A stretch of 64,000 nucleotides of DNA from Monocercomonoides exilis PA203 (lineage: Eukaryota; Protista; Preaxostyla): assembly GCA_001643675.2 (NCBI GenBank), contig LSRY02000001.1:2604001-2668000 (forward strand), in the 5' to 3' direction. Shown in pieces: positions 37,761-49,577 of this stretch. Below the pieces are notes generated by a model that saw only the letters and a program-made list of their open reading frames with translations, made no database searches and had not been told where the DNA came from. Position 1 is the first letter of the stretch. The number at the start of each line of letters is the position of its first letter. A program made the translations under genes and the position numbers.

Positions 37761-40217
37761 ATGAGCGAAATAATTGAAAGCAAAACAGATGCGCAAAAAG
37801 CGAATTGTGAACTCTCTTTAAAGGACGAGAAAGGAAGAACAAAAGCAATGAGATGGATTATTGAAAAAAAAACTGAACCACCAATAGAAATAAGACACGA
37901 TGTTACAATTTCGGATAATGATGGATACACAATGGCCATGCTGTGGATTCGTTATGTTAAAATGGAACCACCAGAATGGATGAAACACGAGATTACTCTT
38001 GCAAATAAGAACGGATGGACAATGGCTATGATATGGATTCAAGAAATCCAAACAGAGCCTCCAGAATGGATGAGACATGACATCACACTTGGCAATAAGG
38101 GCGGATGGACAATGGCTATGATATGGATCTATAATGTTAAAACAGAACCACCGGAATGGATGAGACACGACAATGAGCTTGCCGATAAAGACGGATGGAC
38201 AATGGCAATGTTGTGGATTTCAAATGTGAGAACAGAGCCACCAGAGTGGATGAGGCATGGAATTACTCTTTGTAATAAATGTGGAAGGACAATGGCGATG
38301 CTATGGATTTACCATGTGAAAACAGAACCACCAGAGTGGATGAGGCATGATATCAAAGTTTGTAATGAGAATGGAGATACAATGGCCATGTATTGGATAA
38401 AAAATGTGAAGTCGGGATTACCGGAATGGATGAGACACGATATTACACTTGCTAATAAGAATGGGTACACAATGGCCATGATATGGATTCAAGAAATCCA
38501 AATAGACCCACCAGAATGGATGAGACATGATATTGCACTAACTCAGAAGGAAGGATGGACAATGGCCATGTTGTGGATTCAATTTGTTCAAACAGAACCC
38601 CCAGAATGGATGAGGCATAATATTGCACTTAGCAACAATTTTGGATCAACCATGGCCATGCTATGGATTTATCATGTCAAAACCGAACCACCACATTGGA
38701 TGAGGCATGGAATTACACTTCGCGACAATTTTGAATCAACAATGGCTATGTTCTGGATACAAGACGTTAAAACAGAACCCCCAGAATGGATGAGGCATAA
38801 TATTGCACTTAGCAACAATTTTGGGTCAACCATGGCCATGCTATGGATTATATATGTGAAGACAGACCCACCAGAGTGGATGAGACACGATATTACACTA
38901 TCACAAAAAAATGGCTGGACAATGGCTATGTACTGGATTCAATATGTTCGAACAGAACCTCCAGAATGGATGAGACACGATATCACACTTCGCAACAATA
39001 ACGGATGGACACTGGCCATGATATGGATTTATCATGTGAAAACAGAACCACCAGAATGGATGAGACACGACAATGAGCTTGCAGATAAAAACGGAAAAAC
39101 GATGGCCATGAAATGGATTGAGGATGTTAAAACAAAACCACCACTATGGATGATAATGGATAGCACACAACGCACCAAGGATAGGAGAACATTGTCGATG
39201 AAGTGGATTGAAGAGAAAAAAACGGAACCGCCAGACTGGATGAGACACAACATTGCAATTGGAGATAATGGAGGAAAAACAATGGCCATGCATTGGATAA
39301 AGGAAGTCAAAACAGAACCACCTTTGTCAATAAGGCATGAAATTGCAAAAAAAGATAACAATGGTGAAACAATTGCGATGAAGTGGATTCAGTTTGTTAA
39401 AACAGACCCATTGGTGTGGATGAGGCACGGGATCACGCTTGGAAATAAGAAAGGAGAAACAATGTCCATGCTGTGGATTTCAAATGTGAAGACAAACCCA
39501 CCAACTTGGATGAGACATGGCATTACATTTTCTAACAAGAATGGATTGACAATGGCCATGCTTTGGATTGAACATATTCAGACAGAGCCTCCAGAATGGA
39601 TGAGACACGATATTAAACTTGCCAATAAGAATGGGAACACAACGGCCATGAATTGGATTCAGTTTATTCAAACAGAGCCTCCAGAATGGATGAGGCATGA
39701 TCCTGCTCTTATTGATAAGGAAGGACGAACAATGGCCATGCTGTGGATTGGATGTGTTAAAACAGACCCACCAGAATGGATGAGACACGATGCTACACTT
39801 GTAAACTGTTATGGCTTGACAATGGCGATGAAGTGGATTCAAGAAGTCAAGACAGAGCCACCTGAGTGGATGAGGAATGACAACAAACTTGCTGATATGC
39901 CTGGGCGAACAATGGCGATGCAATGGATTCAGTTTACTGAAACTGAACCTCCAGAATGGATGAGACATGACAATCGGGTTGCGGACAGGGATGGAAAAAG
40001 GATGGCAGATTATTGGGAAAGATATGTTGGGAATGAGATTCCAGAATGGATGAAGAACGATGAATCAATTTCCGCTAATGACATAGATAATGAATTTGAT
40101 GATACAGTAGATGATGATGAAGAAATGATAAAGACAATAAATTTGATCAAAGAAAGTTTAAAGAAGCATCGGGGCAAAAGTGGAAAGAAAATGCACTTGT
40201 CGATTAGGATTGAATAG
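37761..40217 (+). CDS. 818-aa tandem-repeat protein, 25 x 30-aa repeats (consensus TEPPEWMRHDITLxNKxGxTMAMxWIxxVK), distantly ankyrin-like
   Basis: Intronless ORF with an exact 90-bp period (aatggc(c/t)atg at 37931, 38021, 38111...). Synonymous variation between units; acidic then basic C-terminal tail. Confidence 0.9.
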   Translation: MSEIIESKTDAQKANCELSLKDEKGRTKAMRWIIEKKTEPPIEIRHDVTISDNDGYTMAMLWIRYVKMEPPEWMKHEITLANKNGWTMAMIWIQEIQTEPPEWMRHDITLGNKGGWTMAMIWIYNVKTEPPEWMRHDNELADKDGWTMAMLWISNVRTEPPEWMRHGITLCNKCGRTMAMLWIYHVKTEPPEWMRHDIKVCNENGDTMAMYWIKNVKSGLPEWMRHDITLANKNGYTMAMIWIQEIQIDPPEWMRHDIALTQKEGWTMAMLWIQFVQTEPPEWMRHNIALSNNFGSTMAMLWIYHVKTEPPHWMRHGITLRDNFESTMAMFWIQDVKTEPPEWMRHNIALSNNFGSTMAMLWIIYVKTDPPEWMRHDITLSQKNGWTMAMYWIQYVRTEPPEWMRHDITLRNNNGWTLAMIWIYHVKTEPPEWMRHDNELADKNGKTMAMKWIEDVKTKPPLWMIMDSTQRTKDRRTLSMKWIEEKKTEPPDWMRHNIAIGDNGGKTMAMHWIKEVKTEPPLSIRHEIAKKDNNGETIAMKWIQFVKTDPLVWMRHGITLGNKKGETMSMLWISNVKTNPPTWMRHGITFSNKNGLTMAMLWIEHIQTEPPEWMRHDIKLANKNGNTTAMNWIQFIQTEPPEWMRHDPALIDKEGRTMAMLWIGCVKTDPPEWMRHDATLVNCYGLTMAMKWIQEVKTEPPEWMRNDNKLADMPGRTMAMQWIQFTETEPPEWMRHDNRVADRDGKRMADYWERYVGNEIPEWMKNDESISANDIDNEFDDTVDDDEEMIKTINLIKESLKKHRGKSGKKMHLSIRIE

Positions 40218-42779
40218 CGAAGGGAATGATGAGGATATATTGGCTGAAATGAGATATCTCACCATCACCGATGAAACAATGCGTTGCATACAGAGATGAA
40301 TGCGAGATGGAGAGCGTTGAAATAGAGGCAGCAGAAATGGAAGAAATCTGATAATTCAGCAAGAAGGTTTGCTTCATAAGCGCTGAAAATATTTTTTTTT
40401 CGACAGTTTGAATAGACAAATCAGCAGATAGGCATGCATGTCAGTTAAGAACATTCTGCGACATTTCTTAATTCATGACTTTTCTTTCTTTCTTTCTTTG
40501 AAGATCCTTTTGCTCCATTGGCAGATGCTTGGACATGCTTCGAAGATATCTCATTTTGATCTCCTTTCGATTTGCTTTCAATTGTTTTTTCATTTCAGCA
40601 GAACAATTGAAGATGTTCATAACAATGTTTTGATTTTACAAAATTATTTTTTCCTTTTTGTTTTTAACTTCATTTTTTCATTTTTCCAATTATTTTTTCA
40701 ATTATTTTGAATTTATTTATTGTATTTTTCTTTTGACTTATTTCCTTTTTTTCTTAATTATTAATTATTTTTTCCTCCCTCTTTATATTTTAATAAAATT
40801 AACAAATCAATTTTTGCTAATTCAAAAATTATTTTAAGAAAAGATAAATTCAACTAACCATGTTTTGTTTTAAGAATATGCCAATCAAACAAAAAATTCA
40901 GTTTGGCGTCTTTCTAATCAAATGAGTTTCTGTGATTTGAAGATGAGAAATACAAAGACAACAAATGGAAGGAGGCTGTGAAAATGATCTGTCTACGCTA
41001 ATAAGGGCGAAGTGAGGATGAGCTTGATGTTTTCAAAGAATGCAACAATTCTAACTGCCTCTGAGGCAAATTGGCTTTTCAATTGATTTTAGTAGTGTTT
41101 GCTGTGAAAATAAGGAAAGAGTTTCATTTCCAACCTCGGAACCTCTGCCTCAGTTTAATTCCTGCCCATCTGTTGCTCAATCACCTCTGATCTTCTTCAT
41201 TTTCTTCGCCAATCATCTGCTCGCTTAAATTTCCTCTTTTTGAAATCTTTTCCACTTTTCTTTTTCTTCTTCTTCCCTTCTCTCTTCTTTTTTTTTTTCT
41301 TTGCTTCTCTGCTTTTCAACTTCTCCACCACACGCCTCGACTGCTGCGATCGCAACACCAGCCGCGCTATCGCCAACGGCAGCAGCGACGGGTCAAACAG
41401 ATCGTAGATCGATGGGAACGCATTCACATCTGCAGCATCAAAGGTCCGCTTTCTCCCTGACTTCGTGTCCACAAACGCTGCAAGCGACGGATCCTGACCA
41501 ACAAATGGAACAGAAAGAATCACCAAAAGCACCACATCGTGTGCACACATAACACCTCCATACAGCACCGCACACAATGATTCATAATATCTCAGCAGCA
41601 TTTGTAACGCACTCAGTATCGACTTCTTGTAATTTTCATATACTTCAGCTGCTTTTTATACAACAATCCGCAACTGCCTCTCGATGTCGTCCATCGCTGC
41701 TACCGACGCGTATGACGCTGCCACCGTCGAGGCATCCGAAGGATCAATCGCAGGTGCTGATGATGGCTGATCATCTTCTGCTGCCTTCTTCTCTTAGTTT
41801 CTCCGCATCCGGAATGGCGAAGAATATCAGCGCGCTGCTCCAATTTAAAAAAGTGGAAGAAGGAGAAGAAGGCAAAGAAGAAAAAGAGGAAGAAGAAGAC
41901 GAAGAAGACGAAGAAGATGAAGAAGAAGAAGAAGAAGAAGAATAAGAGAATGATAATGATAATGATATGGAAAAGAAAAAGAAATGTTATTTTCTGAGTA
42001 TATTGCTGTTGTTCAATGAATGAAAAAAATGCCAAACTGTTTTTTGTTTTTCTTTTTCAATTCAATTTTCCCTCTCTTTTCATTTTTCATCATTTCCATT
42101 CATCTTTTCCCTTCTTTTTCCATCTTTCACAGGACAATCTTTTCACTCATTCTCTCTTTTCCCCAATTAAATTTTATCCCTCTTCGCTCTGATCATCTGA
42201 TGAAATTCTTTTTCTTTCTCATCTTTCTTCTTCTTCTTATTGTTATTCTTCCTTTCTTCTGCTTATATCCTCAAAATCTCGCTTTTTAAGATTTTTGAAC
42301 CAAATTCGGAGAATTAGCAGCATCGGAGAAATATTTCTCTTTGATTGATTTTCTCTATTTTGGTTTTATCTTCTGCTTCTTCTTCTTTCCTTAAATATTT
42401 TCCTTTTTCTCCATTAAAATTCCCCTTTTGGCTCATCTTTTGGGAAGTTTGCCGGAATAATTAATCCAAACATTTTCTTCATCTTTTCTCAAAGCAGATT
42501 TCAAAGAAGTCTTCTTCTTCTCTCTTGCTTTCTTTCTCTGTGCTTTCTTTCCTCATTATGAGGAACACCTTTTCTTCTTTCATTTCATTCATCAGAAAAT
42601 ATCCAATTCTTCTTTCAAAAATAGCTTATTTCCTCTTTCTCTCTTCTCTTTTCTTCTTCTTCTTCTTCTTCTTCTTCAAATCCACTTTTCTTGTTCACAA
42701 CCATTTTCCACTTGTTTTCCTGTCCATCGCTGCATCTTCCCTCCTTTTTCTCTTCTCTTTTTGGAAGCACTCCAATTCC

Positions 42780-43850
42780 AACTTAAATTCTGCATATTTC
42801 GCCAGAAATTGTGAATCTTTCCATTGAAGCATCAAAATTGCTGTTTCCATCAAACAATTCTTGGAAATGACGATGAATGCGAAGAAGATGATGAGTTAAT
42901 CGATGATGAATCATGAAAAATAGATGGCAGAAGCCACGAATATCATCGTTGAATGCAAGGCAAACAAGGATAATCCCAAAACTTATGGTTCTTTCGCGAA
43001 ATGAAAAGAAGGCTTTTCTTTCAACGGCATTCCTGTTCATAGTCATTCTGTATTCATTCAAAGAACACCTTTAAAGAAAAATGAATGAAATAAAAAAATC
43101 AAACCATCTTTTTATCCTCGAAATATTTTCCCTTCTCCAACGGATTGGTTATAATCAGCCAAGCAGTCTTTCTTGCTCTCCAAAATTGCCTCTTGCCACA
43201 TAAAAAAAACAGACTACTGGACAATAAATGGTTGGCAAAGAACGTCATCGAACGCAGAGAATCCATTGTGAAGCTGGTCGTGATATTAGATGAAAACAGA
43301 TATCCTCCAAATTAACTCCTTTTCAAAGCCCAATTCAACGCCATGTCTTTGCTGATAGCTTCCATGCAGGATTGGTGCAAAATGGCAATGCGTTTGTTGT
43401 TAAGACCAGCTGAGTGTTTTGCTCTGTTCGCTTCCTCCATTGTCCAATCCCCCAATTCCTTTCCTTTTCCGCAAAACCAACCTTCCAATAAAAAATAACG
43501 CAAAACTATTCCTGTGCAAAAGATACGCCAAGCACACTGCACTTCCCTCGAAATGACAAAGCGGTTCAATTCAATTTTTCTGATATTCTGCTCACTTTTT
43601 TTAGCATCTTCCTAAAGCTATTTTTCATTCAAATTATCACAGCCAGCGTTATGCTATATGTTTTGTAATATATTGCAAAGATCATATTTCATGCAATTTC
43701 CCCCATCAATTCACTTTTCGCAACCAATCGATGCAAACAGCAACTCGCTCCTCACTCCGCAGGCAAAATCCCTGCCCTTCTGCAACGCTATAACTCGCAT
43801 GGATGCATCTGTGGTCATTTCCTCAAGCAGCTCAAACATGCTCATATTGC
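42780..43850 (-). pseudogene. Disrupted coding region, product unknown
   Basis: Minus-strand frame MSMFELLEEMTTDASMRVIALQKG...ELNRFVISREVQCAWRIF... with several TAG/TGA/TAA stops. Confidence 0.4.
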
Positions 43851-44163
43851 AGGAAATCAAAAATCAAAAATCTTCTCTTTTATAATTAAAGGTTGCTCAC
43901 CCTTATTTATTTGTTTAAAAAGGAAATTTTTTAATTCAAAGATTTTCTTGCTTTGAGGCAAAAATCATTGATGGAAAAAGAGGTTTCAAATCCTTTATTA
44001 TTTGACTATATAAATTTTTGATTTGGTGCTTTTAAATCTTTTAATTTGAACAAAACACGAATATTTCGAAAATGAATTTATTTGTTGTTTTTGATTCACT
44101 TTGTGATTTCTCAGCCAACTTCAAAAAGTCAAATATTTCTTGGTTTGCAGCGTTTTATAAGAA

Positions 44164-45566
44164 ATGAATGGTTGAATGAACAAATGATTGTTATTTGTTC
44201 TTTGATTTTTCATATTTTTTAGAGAAACTTTCACAGATGGAACAATGCACCGACACTGAGCAGAAACAGAAAATTGAAGAAATGAATGAAATAGTTGATG
44301 GAATGAATGAAGAAGTATTCGAATCAATTTTCAGAGAAGAAACATTCGACAAAATAGAAAAAATGATTGAAGAAAAGAAAATATCAATGGAAAATGCAAT
44401 TTTGCTGCTGAAGCATGTTGGATTTTGCAAGGTGCTGAAAAGCGTGAGTAATCCATGCTTTTTTGCATCTTCGCTGAGAGGAAGATTCGAACAGATGATT
44501 ATTGAAGAAGAAAAGAAAGAAGAAAAAGACAAAACTCTTCTTGTTGATCTTTGCGAATGCTATTTTTTGTTGAACAGGTGGGCTTCTTCAAATCTATTTC
44601 CGGTTTGCGTTCCCTGTCTTCTGAAAGTTTCTTTGAACAAGGAGAAAAACGAGGAAGCACAAAAAAAAGTGGAAATGGGTTTGTTGGCTTTGTCAAATAT
44701 TGGACAATTTCAAGTGTGTTGAGCTGGCTTGATTGCTTGGTTGCAAAATTAAAATGTTTTATTATTTGTATTTTTCTTCCTTTTTTGCATAGGAAATGAA
44801 AAGAGAACTGTATTTGAATGAAATCAGAGAAATCATCGAACATCAACAGAAACACAGAAATCTTACGCATCTGGCCTATCAATCTGCTTGGCAATTTTTT
44901 ATATACAGATGGGAAAAAGACAAAAGTCTTGAAAAAGTGATTGTGAATGAACTGCATTTTGTCGAAGAGGCAATGAGAGAATTGAAAGAATTGATGAAAT
45001 GCGTTGATTGGAAGAAGAAAGAAGAGGAAATGAGCAAAGATGAAGCGAATGAAGTGCTGGTAATCAGGAGATGGATCCAAACACTTGAGATTTATTTTCT
45101 CTATAAGCAATTACCGAATGAAAAATGTGTTGGCCTTTTCAGCAGAATTGTTCAGATATATAGAGCAGCGAAGGATAATTGCGGAGATATTTGCAAGCAA
45201 TGCATTTTATGCATTCAAAGAGCATCAGGAAACAGGACTGTGAAAATTGATGACTTGTTGAAAGGAGGAGCAGTTGATGCTGTTTTGGAGGAGAATCAAC
45301 AATCAACGTTGAATAAAGAGAAATTATATGATTGCTTGGACTTCTTTTTGAATGTTTCATGTCGATTGAAAGAAAAGAAAGGAGAGGAGGATGATGAATT
45401 TGAAGAAGCTAAAAGAAAGATAACGAAAATGGAGATATATGAAAAATTGGAAGAAGAAGGATACGAAGATTACATAAAATGCTTTCTTGAAGCTTCAAAA
45501 CATTTTCAACGTTATTATTCTTGTAGTTTATCGTTGAGCATTTCTCATTATTTTGTATTCGTTTAA
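44164..45566 (+). CDS. Lineage-specific helical protein, paralogue of 7879-9293; probable exons 44164-44170, 44223-44713, 44793-45566
   Basis: EQKQKIEEMNE, AILLLKHVGF, LVDLCECY, VEMGLLALSNI, LAYQSAW and LEEEGYED are shared with the paralogue. Predicted GT-AG introns sit at equivalent positions; the first micro-exon is tentative. Confidence 0.8.
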
Positions 45567-45624
45567 ATCAAAAGCGCTTTTTCTATTTCTGATTTTTCGG
45601 AAATTGTATTTGAAAAGTCAGGGC

Positions 45625-46110
45625 AAAAAAGGAACACAGAAGAAGAAGAAGTGGAGGAGGAAGAAGAAGAAGAAGAGGATGAACGAAGTGAAGAAAGAGA
45701 AGAAGAGGAGGAGGAAGAGGATGAAGAAGAAGAGGAAGAAGGAGAACGAGAAGAAGAGGAACGAGTTGGAGAAGAAGAAGAAGGGAGAAGAAGAGAAAGA
45801 AAGAGATAAAGAAGATCAAAGAGAAGAGAAAGAAAGAGATAAAGAAGATAAAGAAGATAAAAGAGAAGAGAAAGAAGAAGAAATTTCGAAGCATTCCAAA
45901 AAAGGCATATCAAAACATTCAACTTCGCAGAAAAGAGTAAGACAAATGAATAAACCTCAGCATCATCATCGGTATAAAAGAAATAATTCTGCTTTATTTT
46001 CCTCTTCCTCCTCCTCCTCTTCCTTCTTCTTCTTCCTCTTCATCATCATCTTCTTCTTCTTCTTCTTCTCCTCCTCCTCCTTCTTCTTCTTCTTCAACTT
46101 TTGCTCCTTC
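45625..46110. repeat. GAA/TTC low-complexity tracts; 45735-45790 is a reverse-complement copy of ~36292-36350
   Basis: Shared non-periodic word ggagaacgagaagaa.aggaacgagttggagaagaagaagaagggaga. Confidence 0.7.
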
Positions 46111-49100
46111 TTCAACAACTTCATTGACTAACTTAAAAATAACCATGTCGATATGCACAAATGAAGAAGAGGCTGATACAGAACAAAAATGAACATTTTG
46201 AGAAGATGTTAAAGAGGACAAATGCATAATCACTCCAGAATAGAGAAGGTGGAAAAGGAAAAAATGGCTTCACTTCGTTCCTAATAGCAAGAGGCAAAGA
46301 ATGCGATTCATTGAATGGAATGCGTTGAACCTCTTTCTACTCGTTAACAAGCTTCCTCTTCATGTTCTTCACTTAAACTTCTCCTCAATTTCTCCTTTTG
46401 ATTCAAAGCCTTTCATGTTTTATCCTTCTCTGCATTCGCCTGTTCTTGTTTGAATCCGCTTGATGCTTCATTTGATTACAATAGATGAGAAAAGGAAGCT
46501 ATAAACTCTAAAGTGGATGCAACAACTTTGAAATTGGTGGAATAGAATCTTAACATACAGCTGAACAAGAGGAAAAAAAAGAAGAATAGGAAAATAGAGA
46601 ATTCTGTAAAGATAAGAGGACAAAGAATAAGTTGAAAGCATGTTTGCAGATTGAAGCTGTCGAATTTGATAAGCGTTGCCATATGAATCCATTTTATTCA
46701 GACAAGTGATGATTCTGACAACAAAAGGCGAATGCCTCGGAGACGAACAGGCGGAATGTGCAGAGCTTAAAGAGAAAGAATAAATTAATGAAGCATCAGC
46801 TTCAAATACAGTCACGGCGATAAACTTATAATTCTCAGTTTATGAAGCGATTCTATTTTGTTGAAGCTCAAATGAGTTTAGAAATTCATTTCTTCTTTTT
46901 TCAGTTCATTGAATCTTCATCTTCTTCTTCAATTGGCTCATAAAAGATTTATTTAGAGTTTAATTCCTTCTTTCTGAACAGTTTTTTTTCCAGTGATAAT
47001 TCTGCAACTCAGTCGAAGATAGACTTGTCAAATGGAAGTGAAATGAAGCATGCGAAATCGATCGAAGAAGCACACACAAATGCAGCAAATGTGAAGAAGA
47101 AGGGGAAAGAAGTGAAAGAAGAAGTTTTCATTTGGAGTTTGCATCAAAGTTTGCAATTCAACGAGAATTTTTCAACTTCTTTTCAATCAAGTAGTTTTGT
47201 GATTCAAAGAAAAGCAAATAACAAAAGGAAGAAATATTGAGAAACCTCATTTTAAGATTTTTAAATGTCTGCAAACCTATCCTTCATGAAAATTTGCTGT
47301 GAAGAACAATTAACGAAATATCTTGAAAATTCTATTTCAATGAAAAAGAAATGGAAGAAAATTTTCGAAATGAAATTTTATTCAAAAACAACCCTTTATA
47401 AGCGCAAAATGAAGTTGAATTTCTTATTTGAGCAATAATTTGTTGATTTGCTATTCTATTTATTTATGGTTTTTTGATCTGAATTCAAATTTGATGTGAA
47501 GGGATTATGGGGTATAATATTTTTGTAATTTTTATTGAGAATGTTTTAAAAATGCAAAAATGAATTGAATTAATAAAAATACATTTTCAAACAATATTCA
47601 TTTTATATTCATGAGAAGATAAAGATATTCTTTAAAAAGTTAATTGAGTTTTTCTTTGAAAAGGCATTTTTCTTTCTTATTTTTTGTTTTTCCTTTTATT
47701 TTTTTCATTTTATTTAAAAAGCCAACTAACACTTTAAGAAAACATTGTCAAATTATAAATTTTTGATTTTTTGTTGTTTTATCAAACGAAATTGCGAAGC
47801 TGCAATTTTCGAGTCAAAATTGTTTGATTTATTAATTTATCAAGAAATTGGTCATATCTATGCAATTAAAAGGGAAGAATTTATGCAAATCATTGTGTTC
47901 ATGAATTTACAATAAAAAAATTTTTTTGCCATTTTCACATGAAAGAAATGAAAGAAAAAATGACAAAGGAATATCTATTTAACCTTCAACTGAGTTTTTT
48001 CATCTCTTCTTTAAAGAATATTCATCGTAATATCCATTTTGGGAACATTTCTGTTCGGCCTTTTCAAAGAACTCACTCCACCACTCTTTCATCGACAACG
48101 CTTTCTTATATCCGCTGAGTTTCTTTTCTTTTACTGTCATTTTCAATACAATTCTTTGCAAAAATTGAACATCTTCATCTTCAATTTCTTTTTCAGTATT
48201 GTTAACTACCTTCTCATTTTCCAAAAGTTCAGTGGTAAGAGGAACAATTAATTGTTCTTTCTGTTTTTCTTTTCTTTTTCAAAATTGGGAATAACCATTT
48301 CCTTTGCTCCAAAATAATCTCTTTCTATTTCTTTCTCCTTTTCTTTTTCTATTTCTTTTTCAATATAAAAAACGTCTCAATCGCTTTCTTCATCTTCAAT
48401 CAAAGTTGGCTGAGTTAATTTATCTAATAAATATTATAAAAACATTTATTGTAAAAATTCTTTGATAAAAAAATTCACAAAAATAACCTGAAATTTTTTT
48501 TTGTTGGTGTTTCTTCTTCCATGCTGTCTTCAGGCCACTGCGATTCTTCGTGCAGCATCAGTCGTTTTTCTTCCGCAAAAATTGCCTCCGCTTCAAATGA
48601 ATAGCATGAAGCGCTTTTATTCTTTGCTAAATATATTTTTAATAGATAAATTAAAAGAAAATCATTCAACAATTTTTAATTTAACAGATAATTCAAACAA
48701 ATATTCATGCATTCCATGAAAATATTAAAGAAGAATTTAACGACAATTTTAGTCCAACAAAAGAAGATTTTTAATTGTATATATACTTAATTTTAAACAT
48801 TCAAATTACGGAAAGATCTTAAAAAAATATCAAAATTCCCTTTATCTGAATTTTGTTAATGATTTTTTCCAACCAATTGCTCATTGAAACTAAGTGCAAA
48901 TATATCAGAACGATGCACTATTATCATTCACAGAACATATATTTTTTCCAGAGTTATCATATTGTTATTCTATTTTTTATAAATTTTTTTCATTTTGAAG
49001 AATAATGAAAAAATTCAATGTTTTTTGCAACATGTGTCTAGGATCTTGAAGAAAATAATATATGTGCAACTCCTCAACACATGTTTCATATGCTCCAAAA

Positions 49101-49142
49101 ATCTCCAATCAGTTATTCATAGTTGTGGAGAAAAAAAAATTA

Positions 49143-49577
49143 CAGTCAAAACCGGATTTAATCACATCGGTTTTTGCTCGACTTTTTGTGACTATATCCG
49201 ATTGTGATTATAAACGATGTGACTCAACACAGAAAAAAATGAAATTTTATTTTTGAAATAATTAATTTTGGGTCAATTTTTTTATTTTTGAAAAAACTTG
49301 ACAAATACACATTTTTCAATAGAAATAACAATTTTTATTGTTTTATTATGTTATTCAGACTTATTTAAACAATATTTTGAAAAAGCGAAAAATTGAAATT
49401 TTTGATCAAAAAATCGATTTTTCATTGAAAAATCCACCCATAATGAAAAAAATAGTGATTATATATTTTCAGCCCTTTGATTATATGCGATTGGAAATGA
49501 ATGAAAAATTGGACAAAAATGTCGGTGCATCGAATAATGTGACAATATACGAATGCGATTATATCCGGTTTTGAGTG
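49143..49577. mobile_element. 435-bp Tc1/mariner-pogo-like MITE, TA TSD
   Basis: ta|CAGTCAAAACCGGATTTAATCACAT ... ATGCGATTATATCCGGTTTTGAGTG|ta; imperfect TIRs of ~25 bp; non-coding. Confidence 0.75.

Noticed and set aside
37900-40000. Regularly spaced conserved DNA words resembling a CRISPR array
   Set aside because: The period is exactly 30 codons inside an intact ORF, the 'spacers' are homologous to each other, there are no cas genes, and the context is eukaryotic.
42780-43850. In-frame TAG/TAA suggesting the TAR=Gln code used by some oxymonads
   Set aside because: TGA stops also interrupt the frame, multi-kb genes here contain no TAA/TAG, and intact genes end in TAA or TAG.
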